Part shown: piece after piece, positions 29,340 to 41,714 of the stretch
Layout: each line of letters starts with the position of its first letter
How positions within the stretch are numbered: the first letter of the stretch is position 1
DNA from: the human T2T-CHM13v2.0 reference genome, Homo sapiens
Strand: one strand, 5' to 3'
NCBI RefSeq assembly: GCF_009914755.1
Contig: NC_060926.1
DNA length: 64,000 bases
Program-made: the position numbers and the translations under genes
The notes under the pieces: generated by a model
Databases searched by the model: none
What the model was told of the DNA's origin: nothing
Seen by the model: only the letters and a program-made list of their open reading frames with translations

Positions 29340-32040
29340 GGATCTACTCAGTTCTCTGCTTCAGCTTCAACTTACTCACAGCTACAGAGAATAGTGCTGC
29401 TTTAGGCTCACAGCCTCTCCCAGGATATTACCTTCTGTCACTGATATGGTTTGGCTGTATCCCCACCCAAATCTCATCTTGAATTATAACTCCCACATGT
29501 TATGGGAGAAACCCAGTGGGAGGTGATTTATTATGGGGGCAGGTCTTTCCTGCACTGTTCTGATGATAGGGAATGAGTCTCAAATGATCTGATGGTTTTA
29601 AAAATGGAAATTTCCCTGCACGAGCTCTCTTTTTGCCTGCTGCCATCCATGTAAGACATGACTTGCCCCTCCTTGCCTTCTGCCATGATTGTGAGGCTTC
29701 CCCAGTCATGTGGAACTGTAAGTCCATTAAACCCTGTTTTGTGAATTGCCCAGTCTCTGGGGTCTTTATCAGCAGTGTGAAAATGCACTAATACAGTGTA
29801 TTGGTACCAGTAGAGTAGGGTGCTGCTAAAAAATACTCTAAAATGTGGAAACGACTTTGGAACTGGGTAACAGGCAGAGGTTGGAACAGTTTGGAGGGGT
29901 CAGTAGAAGACAGGAAACTCCAGGAAAGTTTGGAATTTCCTACAGACTTTTTAAATAGCCTTGACAAAAATGCTGATAGTTATATGAACAAGAAGATCCA
30001 GGCTGAGGTAATTTCAGATGGAGAAGAGAAACTTGTTGGGAACTGGAGCAAAGGTGACTCTGGCTATGTTTTAGCAAAGAGACTGGCAGTATTTTGCCCC
30101 TGCCCTAGAGATTTGCAGAACTTTGAACTTGAGAGAGATGATTTAGGGTACCTGGAGGAAGAAATTTCTAAGTAGCGAAGCATTCAAGAGGTAAGTTGGG
30201 TGCTGTTAAAAGCATTGCATTTTAAAAGGAAAACTTAGCATTAAAGTTTGGAAAATGTGCAGCCTAATGATGTAGTAAAAAAGAAAAACCCATTTTCTTA
30301 GGAAAAATTTAAACTGGCTGCAGAATTTTGCATAAGTAACAAGGAGTGGAATGTTAATCCCCAAGACCGTGGGGAAAATGTCCACAGGGCATGTCAAGAG
30401 ACCTTTGCTGCAGCCCCTCCCATTACAGACCCAAAAGCTTAAGAGGAAAAAATGGTGGGCCAGGCCCAGAGTCCCCATGCTGTGTGCAGGCTAGGGACTT
30501 GGTACCCTGCATCCCAGCCACTCCAGCCACTGCTAAAAGGGGCCAAGGTACATCTTGGCCCATGGTTTCAGAGAGTGCAAGCCCCAAAACTTGGCAGCTT
30601 CCATGTGGTGTTGAGTCTGCAGATGCACAGAAGTTAAGAACTGAGGTTTGGGAACCTCTGCTTAGATTTCAGAGGATGTATGGAAATGCCTGGATGTCCA
30701 GGAATAAATTTGCTGCAGGGGTGGGGCTCTCATGGAGAACCTCTGCTAGGGCAGTGAAGAAGGGAAATGTGAGATCGGCCCCCGACACAGAGTCCCTACT
30801 GGGCACCCCCTAATGAAGCTGTGAGAAGACAGCCACTGTCCTCCAGATCCCAGAATGGTAGATCCACTGATAGCTTGCGCTGTGTGCCTGGAAAAGCTGT
30901 AGACCCTCAATGCCAGCCTGTGAAAGCAGCCAGAAGGGAGGCTGTACCATGGTAAGCCACAGGGGTGGAGTTGCCCAAGACCATGGGAACCCACCTCTTG
31001 CATCAGTGTGAACTGAATGTGAGACATGGAATCAAAGGAGATTATGTTGGAGCTTTAAGGTTTGACTGCCCTGCTGGATTTTGGACATGCATTTGGCCTA
31101 GAGCCCCTTTGTTCTGGCCAATTTCTCCCATTTGAAATGGATGTATTTACTCAATGCATTTACCCCCATTGTATCTAGGAAGTAACTAACTTGCTTTTGA
31201 TTTTACGGGCTCATAGGCAGAAGGGCCTTGGCTTGTCTCAGGTAAGAGGTTGAAATGTGGACTTTTGAGTTAATGCTGAAATGAGTTAAGACTTTGGAGG
31301 ACTGTTAAGAAGGCAAGATTAGTTTTGAAATGTGAGGACATGAGATTTGAGAGGGGCCTGGGGTGGAATAATATGGTTTGGCTGTGTCCTCACCCAAATC
31401 TCCTCTTGAAGTGTAACTTCTACAGTTCCCATGTGTCATAGAAGGAACCCAGTGGAAAGTGATCGAATTATGGGGGCGGGTGTTCCCTACACTGTTCTTC
31501 TGTTAGAGAATGAGTCTCACAATATCTGATGGTTTTAAAAATGGGAGTTTTCCTGCAAAAGCTCTCTCTCTTTGTCTGCTGCCATCCATGTAAGATGTGA
31601 CTGGCTCCTCTTTGCCTTCCACCATTATTGTGAGGCTACCCCAGCCACGTGGAAATGTAAGTTCATTAAATCTCTTTTTTTTTTTCATAAATTACCCAGT
31701 CTCAGGTATGTCTTTATCAGCAGTGTGAAATGGACTAATACAGCCACAGAAAATTATCTTATACAAGAATGTGTCTTTTCTCAGGGTGTGGCTTATAGTC
31801 AAGAATATCAAAGACCCCGGCCTTTCCTGCAAATTGGAACAAGGCTAAACAGTATCCAAGGTGTAGAGCTCCCTATAGAATCAGCAGAGCTTGCATTTGC
31901 AAGTGTATTAATAGATCAGCTTCTCCTTCTGCCCAATCTTGCCTTCCTCACTTTTTATTTCAGAAGGACATTTACTAGTACAATTTCTGCATCTACTTCT
32001 TAGTCTCAGAATTTGTTTCCAGAGAACCCAATCACAGGCA
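29340..32040 (+). mobile_element. LTR16-like (ERVL) LTR split by the THE1 provirus
   Basis: The 3' part gagctccctatagaatcagc..cagcttctccttctgcccaatcttgc..gtctcagaatttgtttccagagaacccaa resembles LTR16; 5' part at 29340-29441. Confidence 0.65.
29442..31742 (+). mobile_element. Full-length THE1 (THE1C-like) MaLR provirus: 5' LTR 29442-29795, internal 29796-31368, 3' LTR 31369-31742
   Basis: Two homologous LTRs; internal starts gtgtattggtaccagtagag; degenerate TSD gtcac/gccac. Confidence 0.96.
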
Positions 32041-32449
32041 GAGTTTTTGAGTGATTTTCTGCATTGCACTTTCATTCCAATAGTTCTGTTGTACCCTCTC
32101 ATTAAATAATGGAAGCGTCTGACTACTGTATATTCAAGGGCAAAGGATCATCCCGTGTTTTGCTTGAAGTGGTACAAAGAAAAACAGAAAACACTTGAGC
32201 TTTGCAAGACTTCTGCCTCAGAAAGAAGTAGGTAGACAAGTGTAAGCTGGGATGAATTTAAGATATGGAACCATTTACTAGGCAACCTGGGGGTGACTGA
32301 GGAGATTAACTTGTGGTCAAAAACAAGGATTCTTTCAGTAACAGTTGATGAGCACTTGGGCAATTGTAATTTGACACAAAGGAAATCAAGACTTCCAAGG
32401 CCAGTAAATTATGACATCCACAGGATATCTTTATTTATATCCATACATT

Positions 32450-32840
32450 TGCAAAATTGAGATTTTTCTGCATATAAAACCTTATGCATTGCTTTATTTA
32501 ACTTCTAAAAATATTTTAGGTTATAAAATAATTTTCAGAGTATAGCTTTTGATGATTGCGTAATTTTCCATGCTGGAGATATACTGTAAATTATTTACCC
32601 TACTTCTCTATTTTTTGATATTTATATGGTTTTATTTTTTTCTATTATAAATAATACTGAGTTGACTATCATTACACATAAATCTTAATGTGTATTTCTG
32701 ATTACTTTCTTGGGATAAACCTATCGAAGTGGATTTAATGACTATTTTCAGTAATAAAAAGAAAGATTATTTTGAAAGCTTGTGATACATATTGCAGAAC
32801 CTTGATCTGTAAGTGTGAAATATGCACTCCTTCCAGCCTT
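32450..32840 (-). mobile_element. L1ME-like 3' fragment
   Basis: tctattataaataatactg..ttcttgggataaacctatcgaagtggatt..tgtgatacatattgcag is a degenerate antisense L1 3' end. Confidence 0.55.
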
Positions 32841-35450
32841 TCAATCAGTATATGTTTATTGACTTGTACGATGTAAGCAGAACTCTTTTTAGATGTTAGA
32901 GAAAAGAAACAGGTAGAGTCTTGTTCTCAGGGTTTTCATGTTCAATACAACACAACACAAAGTTTTGTGTATGTGTATACATAATGTGCAATTGCCTATG
33001 TAAGTCCTCATTATTTTATCAACTGTAGCAGGCATGATTTAAAGTATTTTTTTTAATTTTCTGGCATGCTAACAACAAAAAGTTTATCAAGGAAACATCA
33101 TTTTCTTGCAAAGCAAGGACAGTATATTTGATATGAGCTTTTTACCCTGCTCTGATAAGAACATAGAAGATATGTTGCTATTGAACTTTCTTCTCCACAT
33201 ATATTTTTAGTTACTTTTTATTTCATATTCTGCAGTTACACTTCCTATACTTCAGCATCAGTTTATATTCAACTACATCTCAAACTTGAAATCCTTACAC
33301 TTCCTTCAGAATCTTCTTACAAATTCCTTTCCTGTCTTTCTAAGTTATATGTACCCTCCAGGTTTTCACCTCATAAAAGGGTAAAGAAAAAAAAAATAGA
33401 AAGCAACATCTTTTGTTTTTACAGCATAAGGAGTTCAGCTCCTGGCAGTTCTTCTGCCAGCATAACAGTTGATGAACACTGGACAGCCTGTTTCAAGTGA
33501 GATGTAAAAGAATCAAGACTGTATCTTAACTGTTGTATCTGATTCTTTTAATAATTTTCACCCAAGTGAAGGGCATGTTTGCAGCAGTTATTTGCATGAG
33601 CCGCATCATCAGCACCCCGAACATTAGCATCCTGGGCATTACTGAAGACTCTTGGTCCTTTCCCTGACGAACGATGGTGCATGGCATGATCTACTTTTTC
33701 TATAAAGCCTGGAATGACATAGCTGTGGCAAACACTCTAGGAGGAAAATATAAATGTCCTTCTTTTCTGATATTCTCATTTTCATCGAGTAATAAAGGAA
33801 GTGGAAAGGTAGAAGATACATGCAAAATCATAAAAGTAATTCTAATTCACAAGATAATCTATCATTTTCAAGCAAGTGGAATATAAATACTGTAGGTTTT
33901 AGAGATATTTAGCCCCAAATAAAACCACAGGTCTACACATGAGTCACTGTAGCACTTTAACCTCTCTGGGCTCTATTTCCTTCTCTTTAAAATGCACAGA
34001 GGGTTTTTGTGAAATCAGTTTAGATTATGCATATGCCATTTCTAAAATAGTGCCTTCTCTACTGTAGTTGTTGAATAAAAAAGTAACAATATTAGAGAAA
34101 CAATTTTAGATTTTTCTTTCAGTAAATAAGCTTACAAATAAAATATCTACTTTGGCTTTTATGATAAACTTTGGTTTGAAATTATCTGAAAAGAAATCCT
34201 TAGTGTTCTCATGTACTACTCTTATTCCTGTCCATGACCGTTTTGAACAGTGAAAGAGGTCAATATTTTCTAAAGAGCCTATGTTTTGACAACTGTATAT
34301 TTGCTTGGCAATGTTTTATGAAATAAATAATTAGTAATGGTTTTAGCTATATTTTAGGTACTCACTACAATACTTTTTTTGTTCTGCATTTTTCTAAATA
34401 CCAAATAAAGAATTAGAAAATCATTCAATTATAGGATGTGACCTTATCTTGCTGATTACACCAAATCCAAAGTCAATTTTAGCCTCTCTTTCAGAGGTTG
34501 TAAATAGAAACCCAAATTGGATAACACATTTCCCCTTCAAGACAAACAGGTGGAGCCCATCATTGAAAGTAAATTATCAGGTGAGGACTCAAGGGACCCG
34601 GGCCAGTTCAGATTCTGTCCAGTCATTAAACTTTTTAGATCTCACTGTCTTCATTTGTCAAAGGCAGATAGCGACCCTGACTTCACTGATACACAGAGTT
34701 ATCATGAAGGCTGCCTGGTACAATGGGCAGAAATATGCTCTAACAAAGAGATGTAAATGCAGTATGTATAGCATTGAGACTTCTTAGAAGGGAGCTCGCT
34801 GCTGCCAATGCTCTGCTATGAGTTGCCTCAGGTTGTACAATTCCTGGTGAAGGCCTAGAATTTAAGCCATTGAATAGGAGGATTATTTGGGAACGATATA
34901 AAATTGGAGATAGGTTAATCTAGGGTCAAATATAGGTGAGAAGCAAGGAAATAATACTGTGGTAAGAAAATAGATTAAGCAGAGAAAGATTCTATGGTTC
35001 TGACTGAAATAAGCATTGCTAACTATAACTGGTTTTTGTGCCCCTTGGAGCATGAGGTTTTGAAGAGCTCATTGTGTTGGACTGCCTCTTTGGAGAAACC
35101 ATCAATGGACCTTCAATCTCATCAATGGAAATTTTACCCAAAAACACAACCTTGATGCTTCAGAAGAGAGGAGGAGGGAAGGATCATGTGCCCATGAGTT
35201 TTACCCCTTTGATACGCAGTAGAGTATTGTTTGGCTTACAAAGTATTTGGGGGAAGATATGAGCAAGTAAGAATATAAGTGCCTCATCTCTCAGATAGAT
35301 ATGATTTGAGGCATTAGTTGACATCCTACAGAAGAAATATTTTTTAAAAAGTCCAGCTTCAACTACTGGACCCATCATTTATCAGCTATTTGACTTTGGG
35401 AAAGCAACTTATTTTTCTAAACTTTATCTCTGAAATGAAATTAAGGATAC

Positions 35451-35497
35451 TGTATTTGTTATGGTTCTCCAGATAAACAGCAGATAGATAGATAGAT

Positions 35498-35537
<40 letters not shown>

Positions 35538-35982
35538 TGATAGATAGATAGATAGATGAGCAGGAGAGATTTTAAGGAATAGGTTGAAAAGATTACAGAG
35601 GCTGACAAGTCTGAAATTTATAGGCCAAACTGGCAGCCTGAAAATTCAGGTAAGAGTTGATATTGATGTCATAGTTTTTAGTGCGAAATTTGTAGGGCAG
35701 GTCAGCAGGTTGGAAACTCAGGTGAGATTTCTGTGTTATAGTCTTGAAACAGAATTTCTTATTTTTCATGAAACCTGAGTTTTTGAACTGAAGGCCTTCA
35801 ATTGATTGGATGAGGCCCACCCTGCAGCAGATGTTGCAGGGTAATCTGGCCTATTAAAACTCAGCTGACCATAGTATTAATCACATCCAACAATACCTGT
35901 ATAGCAACATCGACACCAGTGTTTGATCGTACAACTGAGCATCATAGTCTAGCCAAGTTGACACATAGAGTCAAACATCACA
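35451..35982 (-). mobile_element. MLT2-type (ERVL) solo LTR with 5-bp TSD, inserted in a MIR
   Basis: The reverse complement starts tgtgatgtttgactctatgtgtcaacttggc; perfect TSD gatac at 35446-35450 and 35983-35987. Confidence 0.92.
35482..35557 (+). repeat. Compound tetranucleotide STR [AGAT]4 AGAA [AGAT]9 TGAT [AGAT]4
   Basis: Read directly from the sequence. Confidence 0.97.
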
Positions 35983-36229
35983 GATACTTACCTGTGGTTC
36001 AGTGGGATAATGGTCTGAACACTTAGCAAGGAAGTTGAGATGATTTCCTGTGTCAGCATTTTATTTAAGTGGCTGAGGGTGTGGGAGTGGCAGGGGATAT
36101 ATTTCAAATATATCAAGCCTAAAATATCTTCTTGTTGACTAGATAGGAATATGTGTTACTTTAATACATACAACTTTACTTTATCTTAAAGATATTGATG
36201 ATTCAGGTCAAGGACCCAGCAAAAACAAT

Positions 36230-36420
36230 GTTGTGTAGAAAGAAAGAGCACAAAATTTGAGTGTGTGAGAACTGGGTTTGAATCTAAGTTATATCCTCTC
36301 TATCACTTTGGGAAATCTACTCTTGTCTTCAATTTCCTTATCTGTCAAATGAATTTAATAACACCACTTCTTTGAGTTTGGGGGATGTGTGAAACACATG
36401 AAACATAGAGTTTCTCAGAA
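36230..36420 (+). mobile_element. MIR fragment
   Basis: ctgggtttgaatct..ctttgggaaatc..tttccttatctgtcaaatg. Confidence 0.6.
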
Positions 36421-39399
36421 AATGTAGTCTAATATTTGTAATGATCTTTTTTCTTCATTTACTGTTTTTTCAACCTGCTGAGTAGAAGCTCATTTTTCCA
36501 TCTGAGAAATACATTTTCAAATTCCACAACTTTCTTGTCATTTATGGTTACTAAAATCAGTTGAGGTAGTTTATAAATCCAATCCCATATCAATTGTAAA
36601 ATCTTTGTCTCCTTCTTTATTGGACAAAACTGAGGGTCAGAGACTTGGAATGGAGTTTGTGCATGGCTTTTTCTTTCGCTTCTTTTTCTTCCCACTTTTG
36701 GATCTTGTTTCTTCAAGTTTGGGACAAGTGAAGATCTATCATGAGATGGTAATGGTCATATGCCTCTTGGGCTGCTTCTGTGATGCAGAAGTGCTCCTGG
36801 CCTGTTCCTGATGTTCCCTGATATGTGAGGCAATCTGCAGATATGTTGGTTTCTGTATGGTGTGTATGCTTTTCTTGGAGAGGTGTCCAGATTTCCACAG
36901 CATGCCTCTTATTGATGACCCACTTTTAGAGACAAATGTGTTTCTTTATTGGTTGCCCCCATCAAAAATCCATACCTCCAACCTCTTTCTAGCTGCAGAC
37001 ACTGAGGCTATTGAGGTATTCTTCCTTCCATATCTTCTGGGAGCTTTAGGGATGTGGAGTGGGGAGATGCATTTTTTCATACTGGTTAGGGCTACTCTTG
37101 CAATTCTGCCATATTCAGATAACATGTGGCAGAAACAGGCAGACCTCTTTAATTACATTCCAAGGGGCACAGGCACCAAGTTCCCCAGGAACTCTTTCAC
37201 CCTGCAGTGCTCCTGTGGAAGCAATAAGAGGGTAGCCCGGCAGATGTGTAATGCAATGAACATGACCTGGTAAGCCAAAATTCAAGCTCTCTTTCTTTCA
37301 GGAATATCCACCTGACTTGCTTAAAGCTCTCATCCCCACCATTCCTTGTCTTCGGGGATGTGATGGTGATGGAAGGGAATCACAGGGCAAGAGCATAGGG
37401 AAAGTATTTTGCACTATGAGTATTCTATTCCCTAAAAGAAAGAAGATGTTTAAAAATTACCTCTGTATTTCCCCTCTTTCGTTCTTTAGCCATCCATCCT
37501 ATACTCCAGGATGACAAGTTATCCAGTGCCCTGGGAGCTGTATCTGACCCCATTTGATGGTCACTCTCTTCTGAATACAGGCTTTAATTGTCAATTACAA
37601 GGCAACTAAAAAAAGTTTCATTCCATATCCTAATACAGTAGCTATTATTATTATCAGCAGGAACAGTAGCTCCTTTATTCACACTGAGCTCGTAGCACTC
37701 TGTTTTTCTCCTTTATGACCATTGTATAATGGATGCTTTCTGGATGGTGGCATATTGGGCCGTAAATACTGTAACTTCCTCCTACATAGATTACCAGTTA
37801 GAGCTCCTTTACAATCATTTTATGGTTTTAAATATAGCGCCATACTTGCTTCAAGATCTTGTTTCCTGTTTCACAAAGAGCGATTGGTCTTCCTCGTGCT
37901 GAGAAAAAATAACATTTGAAATGCAGAATCCAGCCTGTTCCCCAGGGCTGGCTTTCCACCAGGTTCCTGTGGGGAGGTCAAGCAGGTATTTCAGCAGGGC
38001 AGTGTCATGTTGCTCCATATCCTGGCCACATCTCCCTTTAGACTCCACATCCCAATATCTGCTGTTCAATTCCCTGGGTAATTAATTACCCTACAGGAGC
38101 CAATAGAATCCTGTATAAGCTGGTGGGATTCCATTGTATGAGATGAAATGCAGCACTGCCTTGGGGGGTGCTCTTTTCATTAGGCCCATGCTATTCTGTC
38201 TTAGTTGAACACAATCTATAGGTATCTCTTAATTAGAACCCCAAAAGCACTGACAGTGACGTCCTTTGGATAGGCCTGCAGTAAGTGAACTAAGCGGTGT
38301 CCACCTGAGGCCAAACATAATCTCCCCTCTCCTTCAAGGTAAACTTCTATAAAATAGAAAACAAAGAAACTGGATTTTGATGAATCTGAAATGAATCCCT
38401 CTTCATATATTTATTACTCGTATATAGGAGGTTTTCTTTTATACTTTTTGAGGATTCCCCAAAACAAAACTGCACTTGTATAGCTAGGAGGACTAGGGAA
38501 CAATGCAGACGTGGGAGAAAGGGTGAGTTCTTGTGACCCAGAACTGGGTTTGAAGCAGCAACTTCCGTTCAATCAAGCATGCCTCTCAGCATTGCAGGTG
38601 CCAAGTTGCCATTCTCTCTCTTTCCTTCCATGCGCTCAGGTTTCCCAGCTCTCGACTGCTTTTTTTCTGACACCTTTTTTTATTTCTTCCTCTCCACAGG
38701 TCTCTCAGTTTTGCTGATAAAGATATTTCACTCTACCCCAGTTTCTTTATTTTGCATTCCGCATCTATTCCTTAAAACTGTTTTCTGAAGTGGCAAATAC
38801 TTTTGTTTTTGAGGATGAAGATTTTGGTTTTTTTCATGCTCACTAAAGTAAAGCAGATCTTGTTGCCAGGATTCTCCCTCCTCTGAAGACAGTGGGTTAT
38901 AACAAGTGACAAATATTTTCTTCCTGTCTCATAGTAATATTCAAAATAAGAGATTTATTGTGTCTACTCAGTGTGAGGCAAGACAGTTTATAATTTACCA
39001 TTTATTTGAGTTGTGTGCAGAAACCTACGTTAACTCACACCATATTTCTTATTTATTTGATTGATATTTCAGCACCCCTTGTAGATTGATGCCTCCAGCA
39101 GATACTCAGAAGTTCAGCTCATTACTATGTGTCTGGGCCACTCTGACCCTGAGCTCTACTTAGCCTACTCATCTCTACGCATAGTGCTCAGAGCAAATAA
39201 AAATGGATTTGACCATTACAGAAGTCTCAGATCAATGCAAAGACACAGTTTTTACTCTGAGCTTGGCTCTCTTCTACTTTTACTTGGTTTTTAGCCTTGA
39301 TTTCATTTGTGGTTGGTCCTGAGGTTGCTCCTCAGATTTCATGAAACAGTTTAACTTCCTAGTTTGGACCCCAAGATCCCCTTAAGACACTCTCTATAG

Positions 39400-39630
39400 T
39401 AAAGTCCATGGGGGCAGAAATCATAGATTGGAATCATAGGTCAGCCACTTGCTAGCTTTGCGATCTTGGGAGATTCACCTGGCATCTCAGAGTCAGGCTT
39501 CTCATCAGTAAAATTGGGGCAATTTAGAGACATTTGTTACAAGGATTAAATTAGAGAAGCAGTTAAATTGCTTTAGCACAATATGAGTAACATGGCAATG
39601 TTTAATACATATTATTTGCAATTATAATTT
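39400..39630 (+). mobile_element. MIR
   Basis: gccacttgctagctttgcgatcttggg..ttctcatcagtaaaattgggg..aggattaaatt. Confidence 0.75.
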
Positions 39631-40344
39631 CATCAGTTTATTAGTAAAATTATATCTCATTATTGCCATTTCTAGCAATCACCCAGTCTTTCTCATCACT
39701 GGGCTCTCACCCAGGCATTTGCAGTCCTGGAATCCATGGAAAAGCTCACCCTCATCCCTGGTGACAGGCATGTTGGACAGCTACTTTCCAGCATATTATC
39801 ACTTGAGAACTATCACTTGAGAGTCCCCTGCTCAGAAAGATCTCTTCAGATGCCATTTTGCATTAACTGTCAGAGGCTTTATAATCCTTAAAACAGTCTT
39901 GCTACATGCTATGAGATATATTTTAGATATATTTTCTCATTTGATACATACAAACTGTGTAAGATTTTGTTTTCATACTATAAAGAAACCAAACTTCAAT
40001 AGGATTAAATAACATATCTATGGGTTATGGAACTAGTATTAAAATCTGTTCGTGATAACTCCCTAGACATGGTGCTACCATTATAGCATGAGCTATAGTG
40101 AGTGAAGATTTAGGCTGGAGAGTGGTGGGGCAGAGGCTGCAATATGCTTCACTTAAGGGTCCTCGGAACGAGTCAGGACCAAGTAAACAGCTTGGCTGAA
40201 GCTCAGGCTTTCTTGTAGATGGAGAATTTTTTTAAGGAGAAGTGCATTTCATGAATTTTCAAGCAGAAGCAATATATGTAGGCAGTACGAAGCATTTCTT
40301 AAGGACCCAAAGCAAGTGGATGAGAATTGGAGATTGATCCATCA

Positions 40345-40530
40345 TACACTAGCTGGTTTGGTCTTAGGACATTGCTTAGACTCTCAAAAACTCAGTATCA
40401 TAAATAAAATTAGGAAAATAGTAGTACTTATCCCATAAGAATATTTTGAGAATTAAATGAGTTAACAAATATAAATCATTTAGTACATTATCTGGTGCAT
40501 AGTAAGCACCGAAGCTATTGTCATTTAGCT
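40345..40530 (+). mobile_element. MIR fragment
   Basis: tgagaattaaatgagttaac..tctggtgcatagtaagcac. Confidence 0.65.
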
Positions 40531-40639
40531 CTCATTAATTCAAGACACAAATATAAAGCTTAAGCATATAATAATGTCTTGAGAGATACGACATTTGACT
40601 ATAACTATCATTTTGAAGTTGTCATACCAAGGATAAATA

Positions 40640-41002
40640 CAGCAGACCCTGGAACAACATAGATTTGGGCTGTGCAGGTCCATTTACACAAAGATTTTCT
40701 TCCACGTCTGCCACCTTGAGACAGCAGTGCCAACCCCTCCTCTTTCTCCTTCCCCTCACCCTACTCAATGTGAAGAGGATGACGACCTTTATGATGGTAC
40801 ACTTCCACTTAATAAATAATAAATATATTTTCTCTTCCTTATGATTTTCTTAATAACATTTTCTTTTCTCTATATTATTATAAGAAAACAGTGTGTAATA
40901 CACATAACATAAAACTTATGTTTTAATTTACTGTTGAAATTATTGGTAGTTAATGGTGGGGCAAGTTAGTGTCCAACCCCAATGTTGTTCCAGGGACAAC
41001 TG
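40640..41002 (+). mobile_element. Tigger2a-like non-autonomous DNA transposon
   Basis: TA then cagcagaccctggaacaaca ... tgttgttccagggacaactg terminal inverted repeats; internal ccttgagacagc..cctactcaatgtgaag. Confidence 0.88.
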
Positions 41003-41237
41003 TGTTTGATGTAATATAATGTTTTTGTCTTAAGAGCTCATTAGAAATTATCTTTTTTCACTTTCCAATTGGAAAGTATTTTTTTAAATCTCATGACAAT
41101 ATATGAATTTGTCAGTTTGAGCTCTGTTTCCAGAAAATGAGCATCTTTGATTTTATGATATTTGAAATTATTGCTCTGTGTGTGCACATATATACATGTA
41201 ATTTATAACTAAATGACCTTCTTTTGTTTTCATTTGT

Positions 41238-41714
41238 GTGTATCCCTTTGCTAGGGCTGCTGTAACAAAGTACCACACACTGGGTGGATTAAGCAAGAGC
41301 AACATAGTGTTTCACAGTTCTGGGGGCTGGGAGTCTGAGATCAAGAAGTTGGCAGGGCCATGCTTCCTGTGAAGGACCTAGGGCAGGAACTGTTCCAGGC
41401 CTCTCTCCTAGCTTCTTCTGGTGGTTTCCTGGCAATCTTTAATATTCCCTGGCTTGTAGATGCATCACCCCAATCTCTGCTTTCATGTTTTTGAGGTATT
41501 CTTCCTTTGTGCATGCTTGTTTCCAAATTTCCTCTTCTTCTCAGGGCACCAGTCATATTAGGGTAGGGGCCACCACACTCCAGGATGACCTCATTTTAAC
41601 TAATTCCATTCCAACAACCCTATTGTCAAATAAAGTCACTTTCTGTGGCACTTGGGATTAGAACTTCAATATATGAATTTTCAGGGTGTGGGGACACCAT
41701 TCGACTCATGCACA
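41238..41714 (-). mobile_element. MLT1C-like solo LTR
   Basis: ctagggctgctgtaacaaagtaccac...ggcttgtagatgcatcacccc...ggggacaccattc. Confidence 0.88.
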
